A stretch of 64,000 nucleotides of DNA from Lepidodermella squamata. Lineage: Eukaryota; Animalia; Gastrotricha. The notes under the pieces were generated by a model that was not told the origin of the DNA, did not search any database, and worked only from the letters and a program-made list of their open reading frames with translations. Within the stretch, counting starts at the first letter, position 1. Each line of letters starts with the position of its first letter. The position numbers and the translations under genes are program-made. The stretch covers positions 1,798,001 to 1,862,000 of the forward strand of contig JBLDXI010000010.1 in NCBI GenBank assembly GCA_047495785.1, in the 5' to 3' direction. Shown here piece by piece: positions 11,866-25,173 of the stretch.

Positions 11866-14055
11866 ATGACTTCTATTTTTATCTGGATCATTTTGAGCCT
11901 GTTCATATGGACAATGAACACCCAGTACGTACCGTCTTACTTTTCTCTGAAGCAGCAACTTATTCAACAATGCCCAAATCAATTGGGCACAACCAGGCTA
12001 CCAGCTGACAACGTTACGGTTCGAATGAATGTTGTTTTGGAAGCTTTCCTAGAACTGAACGATAAAAGTTCGACGTAAGCTGTTTTATCAAAATCGATAA
12101 CAATTCATTTAGACAGAATTCTTTAAGTTTTGCCAATGGCATACAAATTGTAATGGCATGGCAACTACCATGTGTCAGGTGGGACATTGGTCAGTCTAGC
12201 TTAACGTCCATCCCTCTAGAACTAACCGAGTTTTGGCAGCCAATATTGCTGAATACTAACAAGGCAAGCGACTCAGTGCAGCCTGAAAGGTAAGCATTCA
12301 AAACGAAAATGAAAAGTATGCGCAAAATTGGAATTACTCTCGACCTATCTAATTAGTGTTTTCCATAATTTACGTAAAAGAGATGTCGCTATCCGTTATC
12401 CGCTCGTATATACTCCACGGATTAACTGAGACCATTTTCCTGCAGAATCGAACGATCTAACAAGACGAGCAATATTGCTATGCTCAATTCCAGATCCCCT
12501 TAGTTCGTAGTTTCTTGGAGGTGTTTCATTATAGCCAAAATTCATAGAAAAAGCGAACGTCGCACTACCCTGACGGACAATCAGTTTAGTATACCGGGTA
12601 CCGACCGCCTTTTTTGAAAGTGTCTTATACAGTCAGGGTGCGAGTACAGGGATGCAGGTGTCGCAACGCCCCAGTTCGGGGATTCAAAAGAGAGGAAGGG
12701 CGAAAAAAACAACCTTTTGATTTCTTCAGCTGGGATTTAGAAAACAACTCAGTTCAAGAATCCTACTTCGCACACTGCTTATGGTTCAACTAGCAAAGTA
12801 ATTAAGAACATTTTCCCGACCAAATAATTGTTCGATAAATATGAGAAATGCGAAGGGATCAGGTTTGCGCATACTTGGCATAATTTATACGCTATACGTT
12901 TATTCATTATTATGTTTACATTTTAGGGAAAAGAGCTCCAGAGGTCTGCTATTTTCCAACGGAGAAATTCGATTTTCTTATTCGTCAATTTGGAATACAA
13001 AGTGTAACATGTTTTTAAAGGAATATCCTTACGACAGCCAAAACTGTACAATTGAAATGGAATCACAACTACCCTCTAATATTGTTGAATTGAAGGCGGA
13101 AGATCTTGTTATAGCAGATGGATATATCGGCACTACTGAGTTATGGTACTTGGCGAACAATGGGATCAGTACTATCGATGTTTCCTCTTCTAATCAAACG
13201 CAACGTCGCATTAGCATCTGGATGTATTTCAAGCGAAAGTGGCGGTATTATTACTGGATGGGAATCATGTTTCCTTACTCATTGTTGGCTGCACTTCTAC
13301 CTCTTGGGCTACTGCTACCTCCTAATGATCCCAACCGAACCGTATATTTTATATCTGTAGCGCTAGGCTACGTTTATCTCCAAGGAGCTATTTTGTCAGA
13401 CTTACCAAAAGTTGACGAAAATGTGAGATTGACGAAAAGCACTGATGTGCGATTATTCGCATCAGTTCTAATGACAATTTATGCGCTGTGCGCTCTCGTG
13501 TTATCCCAGCTCTATAGAGACCGGATATTTTGTCGCCGCCCTCCCCCTGACCTGTCAACACCAACAACCAATTCTAATCGGCCCAAAATTCGTCGGTACA
13601 AAATATGTTGCGACAACTGGATTTGGAATGTCAGGGACCCTGAGGTGATCGAGACTACGGAATATAAAATCGCCAAACTACTCTACAACGTCGAAAAAGA
13701 AGCAGCTCCAAGGACTCAAAATCACCTGACGAGAGTGAGACCTGCTGGTGGGACGCAGGCGCCTGATGATAAGAGTACAAGCCAGGAAATTCTTGAACTG
13801 AACGATCAATTGTTGAACTTATTGCGAGATGGCAACAGTAAATGGGAAAAGATAAAAAATGCCATTGATTGGGAGGAATATCTCGACAATTTGCATCGCC
13901 AGCTTTACAGCGAGGCCCATTCCTCGATTCGTTACTTGGACTTGATTTTATTCTTCGCAATCATCCTTTTTATTGTCTTTGACGGGGATCCATTGGCTGC
14001 TGCAGTTGTCAAAATTTTTGTAGAACAACAAAACCTCGAGTTCTCTATCAAGTGA
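11866..14055 (+). CDS. Cys-loop channel subunit (pLGIC-C), 3 exons (11866-12074, 12128-12289, 12927-14055), long M3-M4 loop
   Basis: FLELND, WQPILLNTN, Cys loop C-NMFLKEYPYDSQN-C, FKRKWRYY, four TM; both introns GTAAGC..AG in phase 2. Confidence 0.9.
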
Positions 14056-14626
14056 TTTGTTAAGGGGCTTGAATCGAGTTGCCCCTGAGTTCATCATGCC
14101 GTTTTCTCTGCGACATGGTTGAAGTGCGGAATTAAAAAAACCGGATTTGCCTTATCTCTAAATAGCAGCGACACGTAGAAAGCAGCACATTAAAGTTATT
14201 GGTTATTACATATGTTGGCGATAATCCTTTGATTTTTCCTGCTATTTGTCTTTATCACACGAATGTTCATGAAGCTTGTGTAAATTTCAATGTGTACTTA
14301 TTATTTTCGAAGAATGTTTCAACCACTATTTCTTAATATCGTTAGCGTCTTTGTATGTCTCGGATTAACGCTTCTTTACGTCAGTTTGTAGGTGAGAGGT
14401 GACAAGTAAAATATCATTTGACCATTGATAAGTGAAAGGTGGTGCCTCCCGTTTTCCGTTATCCAGCAATTACTTCTTACACGTGGGCGCTGCGTTGTAG
14501 CAGCATCAATTACAGAACTTTGAACGGCATGCTAATGTTGCTCTGATTTACGAACTTGAGCTCTTTAAATTGGTGTTGCGGTTCAGATGAAACCTGTTCA
14601 ATGTTCAATGCCTTGAATGCAAGTGT

Positions 14627-15673
14627 CTAAATATTTATTTCATCATCTCGTTTCATTCCAAAATCAATAAGGTTCATAAGACAATGAGGTAGATGGTCGT
14701 TGCGAAGTTTTTCCAAAGCTAAACATCGTCTGGAATATTGACCGGGCAAACTGCGCCAAATCACATCGCGGCACAGAACTTGTAGAGACTTCACATTCAA
14801 AATCGAACCGGTGAAGAGCTGTTGAGCTTCCTTGCGAGATAACTTCACGCTAGAACTGTAGCTATCATCCTCCCGAGGTTGACAATACTGGAGCAAATCC
14901 GTGAAATTCCGCCGATCAACCGGGTTGAGTGGACCCATTGCCGTTATCAATAACAACCTATCCAGCTCAGTGAAATTTTCCGTGGCCTTACTTGTTAGGA
15001 AGTAGAACAAAACACGATGCTGAAGAGTTCTGCTGCACATCGCCCCATTTCGTAACAAGTAATTCAGCGTTTTCTCATAGGTCGAATGGGGAACCATCCA
15101 AAGATCTTGACCATAAGAGCTGAGGAAACTATCCAAAGGTGTCGTAGCGGCATCGTCAGAAATAGATGGGAAATTAACATCTAAATCGCAAATTTCGACG
15201 AGAGCTTTCACGATTTCGAACGGCCCGACACATGACCATCGAATCCCAGGCCATATTATAGGTAAATTGATAAAGGCGAAAGATAGCGGGGATAGATCGT
15301 TGTAGATAGAATGGTCCAGTACTCCATTACTAATGAGGAATTTAAGCATACTGTCCTTGTTTCTCGAATTAACGCATGAGGCGAAGAGGTCTAGCTGCGA
15401 GAAGGTAAGTTTAGCTCCATAGTCGTCTATCAGCATTTGAGCAAAGTTTGAGTCACATCTTCTTATCGCGCCTTTGAGAATTTCTTGAATTGAGACCATT
15501 TGGGCCAGTTTAAGAGCTGATCTGAGGTAATCATCGGTTAGATTGTACCACCGCATCCTTGCCAGGGTCATGTCGTAGTCGCCCTCATCGACAGCCTGTT
15601 GTAGTCTGGTTATCCGGTTCTTCTGCAGGCGAATTTCAGAACTTGACGCGGCTAATTCTTTCAGCGACAACAT
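14627..15673 (-). CDS. Ankyrin-like repeat / SOCS-box protein
   Basis: Ankyrin-like motifs (SPLSFA, IVKALVEICDLDVN, TPLDS, YLLRNGA); C-terminal SOCS box VKSLQVLCRDVIWRSL...LPHCLMNLI. Confidence 0.75.
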   Translation of the reverse strand: MLSLKELAASSSEIRLQKNRITRLQQAVDEGDYDMTLARMRWYNLTDDYLRSALKLAQMVSIQEILKGAIRRCDSNFAQMLIDDYGAKLTFSQLDLFASCVNSRNKDSMLKFLISNGVLDHSIYNDLSPLSFAFINLPIIWPGIRWSCVGPFEIVKALVEICDLDVNFPSISDDAATTPLDSFLSSYGQDLWMVPHSTYEKTLNYLLRNGAMCSRTLQHRVLFYFLTSKATENFTELDRLLLITAMGPLNPVDRRNFTDLLQYCQPREDDSYSSSVKLSRKEAQQLFTGSILNVKSLQVLCRDVIWRSLPGQYSRRCLALEKLRNDHLPHCLMNLIDFGMKRDDEINI

Positions 15674-16746
15674 GATTATGCAACGGAGTAAAAAGTGATG
15701 TCATGTCATAGCATCCGAGTGAAAATGTATTTTGAGAGCTATTCTGTATTTTTGAATTTTGTGTATCCTATATACGCTATATAAAATATTGCGCGTACTT
15801 CTGTCTTGTGTATTATTATATGCTTGCATACATACAAGCATTTGATTATGTGCCGACCGACGAGCGTAAAAAATCGATGCGGTAAACTTGAGAGTGTGCG
15901 GCTTGATGAGAAAAAATGGAATGAAATACTATAGAGTGCGCGCGACAGGGTTTTCAAATTGATCAAGGATCAAAACAAATAACCGCAATGGCAATTGTTT
16001 CCGGGCGAATTAGCCATTCCTAATGCTTTTTTCCGATGAGCCAAATCCTTTAATCGCCATCAATGATCAGTAAGGGAAATAATGAATAAAGCCATTCTAT
16101 CAAAACAGGGAGAAAGTTGCAGAATTTAAGGCTTTTTATTTGCGCCTATTATACCTGGTTCGGACGTGTCGTTCAACCCCTAAATAGATCCACCGCAGAT
16201 CAAAAACTCCCGATCGCTGCGATCCAGATCAAAAAAAAATTCTCGCAAAAGAGTGCCCAATGACGATTGAACGATCCCAGAACAAAGTTTCTCCGGGTGG
16301 TTTCGCTATCAATTTGAAATATTACAAAGTAACCCTGAACAAACGGTCGGTAAAAAACGGTAAAAAACCCTGAAAATCGGAGACAAAGCTCTAAAAACGT
16401 CAGAGGCTTCCAAGGTCAAAGTTCAGGGCATTGTTTGGGGTTTTCGGTTATTTTTCAGTGATTTCTGGGATATTTCAAATTAATAGCGAAACTACCCGGA
16501 GAATCTTTGTTCAGGACTCGTTCAATCTTCATTGGGCATTCTTGCGAGAATTTTTCTTTCGGATCACAGCTATCGGGGGACTCGAGATGAAAACCTTTTC
16601 GAATTATCAAAATCATAACTACTGAAAAGGAGAATATTTGTTGAAGTTTATTCATTCATACAGTGTCTCAAAAGCAATGCTGTCATACTTATTTCGACAC
16701 AAACCATGAACTAACAGTATTACAGCAACTCACGACCTTTAAAGCT

Positions 16747-17677
16747 TCAAGCCATTAAGCCAAATGGCAACCGCTTTTTGAGCTCCTTCATATAACTCTC
16801 GAAGTCGTCATAAAGTCGCAAGCATTCATTGATACCAACAAAGATTTTATCAACGACGACTTTGGTCTTTTCCAATGTAGTTTGCCCGACGTACTTTTCT
16901 AGTTTCGTCTGCCAAACGGGCCAGCACGAGTCAATTGTCTGCTGCGATTGGCTAACGTACCCCTTCAGCTCATCAAACATCGCCCCTTTGGTAATAAATG
17001 CCACTGCCGCGTAATCTTTCGGTGGAAGGCTGCAGAAACCGCTTGAAACGTAGCAAGGGGCGTGGCTTTCAAAAGCAGCTTCCTGTATCTGCTTGCAGGT
17101 TAAACTGGAGGGTCCAGTGATGACTTGCTGTGACATGGCAACCTGGAGGCATTTCCGAACATCCGACATCCAGATTTTACCAGCAGGCGATAACTTGTCA
17201 ATATTAGCTTCGAACTTCTCGCAGTATTTTTTTACCGAATGACAGCGCATAGTCGTAAGACCCGCCTCTGCACTCCGGATGAGAGGGGGCTAAACATTCC
17301 TCGTAGAATTTGCAATCGTTGCCGTGTGGGTTGTAGCAGTATTCGGGCAGCTTACTACACAGTTCCTTCTCGACGAGGGGAACCAAAGGCCTGGTAGCTA
17401 GGCAGGCTGGCTTGCAAACGTGGGTTGGTTTGCATGAAGGTGAGCAAATGTCATCGACCAGCGAAAGACTGCTGCACAGAATGTTAGCCTTTTCCTGCTC
17501 CGTTTTCGCATTTGCGTAGGCTTTAACTGCATTACAAGCCGCTGTGAAAGAAGGATAGGGGTTCTTACATGCCCTCAGAGCTTCGTCAAGCTTTGAGTCG
17601 ATTATAGAAATAATCGACGCAGAAATGATGGTGATAGATTGAAGGCAAAAGAAAATTCCAATATTTGCGAGTCTCAT
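16747..17677 (-). CDS. Secreted stanniocalcin-like Cys-rich protein with a single-base frameshift (assembly error or pseudogene)
   Basis: Two overlapping ORFs join at an A7 run (17227-17233) to give CKFYEECL..YALSFGKKYCEKF..WMSDVRKCLQ..TCKQIQEAAFESHAPCYVSSGFC, matching the stanniocalcin-like Cys pattern; signal peptide present. Confidence 0.7.
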
Positions 17678-18220
17678 TTTGGTATTTTATGGTAGGAAAT
17701 TGTATCAATAAGAAAATATCCAGAAAATAAAGAATGCCACCTTGCTAGCAGCATGTGAAAACATAGCATTGTTCTCACGCTTGAATTAAACATTCGTGTC
17801 ACCTGGACAGCTCCCATCATTGCATTAGTGTTTTTTCTATGGAATTAGAACCGGCAAAAACCAAGAGGAAACACGTTCTCCAGATATAGAGTATCCCCCA
17901 AGTAAACCGAAGTTAGAAAATTATTTCGTATCTAGGAAACCTCTCCATAATACAACGAAACTCATAAATTCAGGAAATATTCGAGCCAGTTTTGCTGATT
18001 TTTCGTCGGTAACAAATATTAGATGAATAAAATTCATGAATTTTTGCTAACATTAGCGAGTTCACATGCGCTCCTTTTAATTTAGCCCTATGCGTATCCT
18101 TTTGCATGCTTTTTTCGAGAAGGCATCAAACTCATGCGAGTTTTTCTAAGCCCTGTGAATTGTGAATGTATGGGATTTTATTTTTTTTAATGTGTGCATA
18201 TTTAAATTAGGGGAAAATGA

Positions 18221-18291
18221 TGCATTGGCGGGGATTGAAACACTGGTCACTAGCGTTACAGGCGAGGATGTTACATCTTTACTACCAATGC
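18221..18291 (-). pseudogene. Degenerate tRNA-Gly-derived sequence (pseudo-tRNA or SINE head)
   Basis: GCATTGG...CTCGC-CT-GTA-AC-GCTAG...CCAATGCA follows the eukaryotic tRNA-Gly(GCC) scaffold with a perfect acceptor stem; D and T arms are degraded. Confidence 0.6.
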
Positions 18292-19250
18292 TGAGATGAA
18301 AAATAATGCTCACATCGCCTAATCATTACCTTTCTCTGTTGGTCTTGGGCTCATTTTTAACTGAGAAATCTTCAAAGCCGAAAAACTGGCATTTGGGCCG
18401 ATCGAAGCGCTGCGGCTTTTTTAGGACCGAAATTCCGATCTGAACTCCAACTAAGATGCGATCTGGGCCATTTAGGATTACCCGGATTTGCCCAATTAAC
18501 GACCATTGATATAAGTTTGATCATTGTAAAATGTTTTCAGCTTAATCCAATGCAATGGGTATTAAACTTGATCAAAATTGGTTGGATACCTCGTCTGGAT
18601 GCAGTTATTGTAGTCCGAAAATGTCAGTAAATGAATAATAAATATCAATCCAGTGTGTTTCATTATTATACAATGCGCATTGAAAAGCGTGAAAATCAAG
18701 CACATGATTTACAAGCCTTCATGAAAAACTGAATTCGGGTCGCAAAAGTCCTTGTATTTCATGCCTCCAAATTAATGTCGCGTGAGTTTCATGGGGTTGA
18801 AAAGTGAATTCAGCATTTTTGCGGCTCAATCAGACAGTAGATTCTCAGGTGCATATCCCCTGATCATTTAGACATTATGTTAAATTGACAATTTATGAAT
18901 GGCAATAATAAATTTAATAAATCCATGAATTTAATAACACAATGTTAATTGAATTGTTCAGGAACGAGTTCATAAAATCATGATTCACTGACAGGTCATT
19001 GGACGCACAAAAGCAAATTCGTGTTGCCTGAACACAAATAAAGGCGGGCGGAATGATCATTTGAAACGTTGAGCAATCAGTAGGAATAAATTAATTGTCC
19101 AAAATAAGAGATTTAAACCGGGAGGAAGATTCATTGTTACATCAAATTTCCAGCACATTCAGCCAAATTTAGCGTAGCAGCTTTGTGGCGAAGAGAATTC
19201 ATCAAACAATGCTTTCTATAAACAAAAGCAAGCATAATCTTCCTATTTTT

Positions 19251-21980
19251 TCAATTATTTGGACTCACTTCGTTTGAGAAGCAGCCGATATCCTTGCGTC
19301 GACAGTCGGAGAAAACTGTGAACACGCCGGGCGAAGACTCTCTGTAGCATGGTATATAAAACTGCCAATTTTCTCGTTAAATTTGCCCAGTTGAAAAAGT
19401 AGAATGCAAGCTTACCATTCCGTATTCATGCTGACAGGCGAGAAAATTGCGATTATAAAATTCGTAGCCGTTGAAGATCGGTTGGTTAGTCTAAACAACG
19501 CTATGAGTTCAAGGTGAGTTGTTTTAAAAGTTAAATTACGGAGGAATCTCCAAATGACGAGCAATCAGTATTCCCTGAACTGCAAATGTATCTCTTTTGA
19601 GACGGGAAATAGCACTTCTTCGCCGGCTAAACAGATTTTGTGAAACAATCATGAGACAACTCAATTTGTTCGAACTTACGCCCTTGTTACAAGTGTCTTG
19701 AAACAGTCCGACAGCACTCGGGGTCAAATATTCACCCTTGCTAATATCGCACCATCGTTTGCAGCCTAGAAACTGGCCAGTTTTAAAGCTGAAACACCTG
19801 TCGAGGAGCTGATCTGTTATAAAAATAATTAGCCATTTCTGGCTGGTTGGACGACGCTGAAAATGTTAACCGCAGCGGTAGTTCTGGCGGCAGTACTGAA
19901 GGGTTGAAGAGCTGTTAGTATGACATGCCAACGCTCCAATGCTCGATGTCGGCACGCGGCATGCGTTACCCGACAAGCTAGGCTGGCCTTGCGGAAATGA
20001 GAGATCCCCGTAGATTTGCCAACTGGGCTTCGGCTTTGGGGAGCCAATTGGCTGGGTCCACGAATTGCATTTTTCATTCCTCAGGGTCGTTGCCACAGAT
20101 GTTCCTTCGTAATCGTAACCTCTTCCGGAAAGGCCACATTCCTTCGTTATCGTAGTTGCCGATGTTCCGGGGCAAGTAGCGTAGACGAATAGGGTTAACG
20201 TGCTACTACCGACCCCGGCGAAGCGACGTACATGCACTATGGCCTCATTGCGATTGGTCGTGAAGATTCTCCCACTATTGACGCCACAAGAACAGAACCT
20301 TCACAACAAAAGATGGAAAGCATAAAATAATACTAGAATGTTAATTACTTGAATCCGGGATAGCCTACAGCGCTGTTCACCCGAATGAGGACAAAATCGC
20401 CGCATTGTTTGCTATCTATTTTTCAGAAAGGTAATCCTGCTTTCAAGGCTCGAAATAATTTAGGTACTCACATATTTTTCCACAAGGCAGCGTAGGCTGG
20501 CTGTCGAATCCGAAGATTAAACCACTGGTGTTTTCCTATAGTCGAGACAGATTCGAAAATAAGGATTGGATCGAAAGAGGGTGATGTACATATTTAGCCG
20601 TTCCCCAAATCACGCTCGATAGTTATAAGTTGAAAAAAGATTAATCCTATGATGAACGTAGAAATGAACGAACCGTTCGAACCAGCGTCGTGCAACGCAA
20701 ATTGGGCATGTAATTTCCGCCAACGACATGCACTATCGAACACGGTGGCACGTACTGAGTTGCTGGCGGACACGCACCGGCTGGCTCGTTTGGTGCTGTG
20801 GCGTTGCAAAGCTGGCCGCCGAACCCAAATTGGCACCGGCACTGTGTGCAATTGAATTTAGGATCCGGGTAGCCGCCGTTTTGGCACGTTATCGCTGGAG
20901 TCTTGCACTGAGGGTGATTGTCTGAAACACAACAACTTTCAAGTCTTGGTTTTGTTTCCATTGAACTAAAACTAACCGAAACACTTGAATTTCAGGTTAA
21001 GTTTGTAGCCGTCGTAAAATGACAAGTAGTCCCTCTGGCCAAGGGACATCAAATATCTAGCGTCACTCTTTGGTTCGTACAAACGCGCTGGTCTGACGTC
21101 AAAAGGGTGCGGAGCATGAATGCTGTCGTAGTCGAATGGGTGGTTGTAGGTTGCCATATTCGGGTCGATCAACGGTGGCCTAATTTTCATAAAAAATATC
21201 AGCACAAAGAATACATATTGGAATAACTTCAACTTACACCTGGGCTCCATTGAACTTCAAATAGCTGTCTCGATCTGGCCTGAGGGTCTCGTATTGCAGC
21301 CCGAGTAGAAACATTACGAGGTCAACCATGTCCCCGGGCTGTAGAACAAGTTTCTTTGAAAACGATTGATGAATAAGTCAATATTACCGTGAGTGAAGCG
21401 CCTTTCGGAATGCCAATGACATTTGTCGTAAATCCGGTGAAGTGACCAAAAAATAGACTATGGAAACATAAATTGGAGTGATACTATTGGCTCAAATCTA
21501 AATTGCTCACAATTGAACGAGTACTAGACCGGTTTCATTCGAAGCTATTAAAGGTTTAGGCTCGAATTTAATGCATGATACTTCTTCAATCATTGCGAGG
21601 GCTTGCTGGAACAACGTTATTGAGTTGGCATCTAGGAACAGAGAGGAATAAAGTAAATTTATAATTATGAGGCCGATTTATTTATTAGACATTTTTGGAA
21701 AATTTTTTCAAGACATTGAATTCCGAATTATATGTTTTTAAATAGATGTATTACCTGGGTTAGCTGGGACAGTATCGCCATATTGATCTATATACCTGTA
21801 GTACCCATCATTGACCCATATCGGTATCGGCGAGCTGGTAATTTGTGAACCAGGTCGTACAAGCTCATTGCTAAAACTCAGCAAATCAGCAGGGTTGAAG
21901 TTATCGATTGATAAATTGATAACAGCTGATATGTTGGAAAAAGCGCAGGCAATCAATGTGACGATCAAAAGTAACTTCAT
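19251..21980 (-). CDS. Secreted pseudo-astacin (inactive M12A metalloprotease) + EGF + CUB + kringle + degenerate kringle-like Cys-rich tail, multi-exon
   Basis: Signal peptide; RPDRDSY, FDYDS, LGQRDYLSFYD..LNxxFKC (astacin); CQNGGYPDP..CRCQFGFGGQLC (EGF); NYMPNLRC (CUB); ECGLSGRGYDYEGT..KCNSW..NACRVP..CHT..YC (kringle). Confidence 0.85.
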
Positions 21981-23536
21981 TGATGTGCTGAAATAAATTG
22001 TATGAGTTGTGAAAAAAATGGCAGATGTTTAGATAAAATTATTGCATTTTAATGGCCCAAGGCACGTGCCAAGACCTGAGTCTGAATAAACAACCGCCGC
22101 CAGATCTACTTTTTACACTAGGTCAAGATGGAAAACACTGGAGCTTCTTAGTATTGATTTTTGAAAATTGTAGTAAATTCCTTTTTCAATCAAATATATA
22201 AATACGTTTAAATTATAATTCCTTGATTTTAGATTCTCGCCGGACAAGGGCAATTAAGATTTTTTCAAGTCATAAAATTGATCAATTTTAAATTGATGTA
22301 GAGAGATCCCTCAATTATCATTTACATTTGCAGAAAACATGTCGCAGCTTAGGATTTAACCTTCAGAATATTGCGAGCAATTACAGCACAATTCTTCTCT
22401 CTCAGAATGATCAGCACAAATGAAATCATTTCCAGCACTTTCCAATTATTTCTTGGCTGGCAATCACAGGAATTTGAGCCTTATTGTCTCTGCAATAGAG
22501 AATTCATATTAAAACCCATGCCCGAACCGGCGGACCGAAAATTCAAACGAGGCCCGCGTTAACCCGGTTAACTCTGTAAGTGGAGCCACTTTGCCGTCTA
22601 AAATTGCTAATCAAAATATATAGGACACTAATGTTATCAAAATTTGCCGAGGTTTTGTCGAAGGTTTGTCCATTATCCCCGTTCTCGGAGCACTGTTTTT
22701 GTCCTTTCCATCATTTTGTGAATCAGAAGTTAAGGCAGAATATATCCGTGTCGGCCTTAAAGCTACACGAACGATTCGGATTTTTTTCTGGCTTAAAATT
22801 ATTGACCACGCAGCATTGAGATGGCGAGTGGTGATTCGTGACGCTTATCTCGCTTGTAGCAACAAGTTACAAGTGCACGGTGGCTCGCTTTCAAACAACA
22901 ACAACAACAGCACGCATCGGCACTGAGATTATCCGTCAATGAGCGGTGGTGGCGGCGGCGGCAGCGACACCGAGCTGTGTCGCGTGCGGCGTCAAGAACA
23001 GCCACTCGACCGCAGCAGCTTTGCTGTTGTTGCCGGCCGCACTGATACTCACTACACGCGGCCGTGGTTGTTCATAAAACCATATCGCACATAGAGATGG
23101 CGCCGAAAAACACTGCGATAACCACGTGTGTCATTTTTGTGGCTTATTAATACATTACTCCATTGTTTTTCCTATATACACCACGGCGATGTATCATATC
23201 TCGTGCGGTCGCAGTTTTGCAAGACCACAGGGCCAAAAACTAGCAAGCAAAACACCTTGATTACGGCTAAATAAGTGATAAATACCTACTCAACATCCGC
23301 AAGATACACTATTGATAGTGTACTACATTCCTGTATTACTATTTATGCCAGGCTTAGTACGGATGCGCATGCTTAGATACTCAACATTCTCGTAATCTGA
23401 TAGAAAAAAAGACTAACTAGCTTCATATACCTCATCCTCCTGTAGAAGGCCCCCTAATTAACCTCAATTTTATTAGTACCTCTAACAAAATAATTATTGG
23501 GTATTTTATTGGATTTTTCTAGAATTTCATCTTATA

Positions 23537-25005
23537 ATGGTTCTTTTCAAATCAGTTTACCTTGCTGTATTGTTTCATTATGGTACGTTCAGAATTCAAC
23601 TGAGTATTACTACGGAGCTTTCAACCGCTTCTTTTTGAAGGTTCTGCTCAGATAGGATCATATCCGAATCAAGGCGGGCAAGGTGGCCAGTTTATAGCCG
23701 CTGTTAACAACAATGGTCAACCAATCATGATTCCTCTACAAAATGGCCAGATTCTGTACGCGAATAATCAGGGCCAAATACCGATTCAAAGTAGGCAGAA
23801 TCCGCAATTTGGTAACGGCCAAACCCCTATCCAGTATTACGGCCCGGATGGGGTGATGACAGGTCAGGGGTACTACCCGACCCAGCAGCAATTGATGCAG
23901 CAACAGCAGCAAATGAATTACAACCAGAATCCTTATGGGCAAATGAACCAGTATCCTAACCAGCAGCAGATTCCGCCGCAGCAGATGATTCAGTACCCTC
24001 AGCAGGGCAACTTCATATTTTACCCGCAGCAACAAGGCCCGACTCAAAATATGAATCAGCAGCTGCCTCCGCAGCAACCGATTCAGCCGCCTCCTGTTCA
24101 GCGTAATCAAATCGTGCCTAACGCCAATCTGAACACACAACCACCCAGAAGTCACGTGAATGTGATTTACACGAGTGTCGAGGAATCGAAGGACGGCTTG
24201 TGGATTCAGAGTGGCAAACCCGATGAGCAGCCTACTGATGGAGAGGGTAGGCTTTTGCCTGATATTCCGTGGTTAGCTGGAGGCTCCAATATCGGAGATG
24301 ACGGTCTCCCGATATCTACAACGCCGTTGGCATCAACAACGATTAGGAAGAGACTGAGGACAAGAACTACTACTCCGGTTACTGAAAGTACCACTTCCCA
24401 GCAAAACAGTACTGTTAGCCGTAAATTTCGGACTAGAACAACTACCCAGGTCGCAAATGCAACCGATGCTGTCTCGGTTACTTCAACAGTGATTCAGTCA
24501 ACTACCACGATCAATTCAAGTAATTACCTTCTAATATGATAGTCTAAATTAAATGATGCACCTTTTAGATTCCAAATCTTCTGGTCGGCGGAGATCGACT
24601 ACTACAACAGTTCCGCTTACTACGACCTCACAAGAATCTAGGACGAATTGGGTTCCAATGGGTGAAAAGAAGTGTCAATGCAGCTGCGACCCGGCTAACG
24701 CTGTTGAAGAACGTGTAGATTCAGCTTCTATATGGCTGGAACAGTCAACTCAAACCCCAACTCTCGAGACAACTGTTGAGACGAACAATGAGACTGCTTC
24801 TAATTCAACAATCAGCTCAGATGGAGATTTAACAACAGGGGCTTCCATTCCTCCGGATAATACGACGATTTCTGTATCGGAGACTACTCCAGCAGGGAAT
24901 GAAACTTCTTCAGCTAACCCGCCAATTACATCGCTGCCAATCTCAGGCCAAAGCAGTAGTAAACTCCGGTTCTACAACCGATGTCAATGCTGGTGTGCTG
25001 AGTGA
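23537..25005 (+). CDS. Secreted Gln/Pro-rich and Thr/Ser-rich mucin-like protein, 3 exons (23537-23582, 23641-24519, 24569-25005)
   Basis: Signal peptide split by an intron; low-complexity Q/P/Y/G block, then T/S-rich blocks with N-glycosylation sequons; two CQCxC motifs. Confidence 0.8.
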
Positions 25006-25173
25006 ACTGTATGATACTCGAGTTTTGCTATCCAATGCTTTCATAGATTAATTGTCTCTCAAAGAGAAATTCACGCTGATGTCTAAACACACACACTGCC
25101 TTTATTGATAGTCGAACCTTAATTTTATTTTATCGAGGCGCAGACCTCTAAAAATCTGAACGAGAATAAAATT

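Noticed and set aside
12410-12790. Weak TIR-like pairs inside the long intron of pLGIC-C
   Set aside because: Likely old insertions explaining the intron length, but the matches are too poor to call.
23736-24394. Leu/Val-rich minus-strand ORFs
   Set aside because: Antisense shadows of the Gln/Thr-rich gene.
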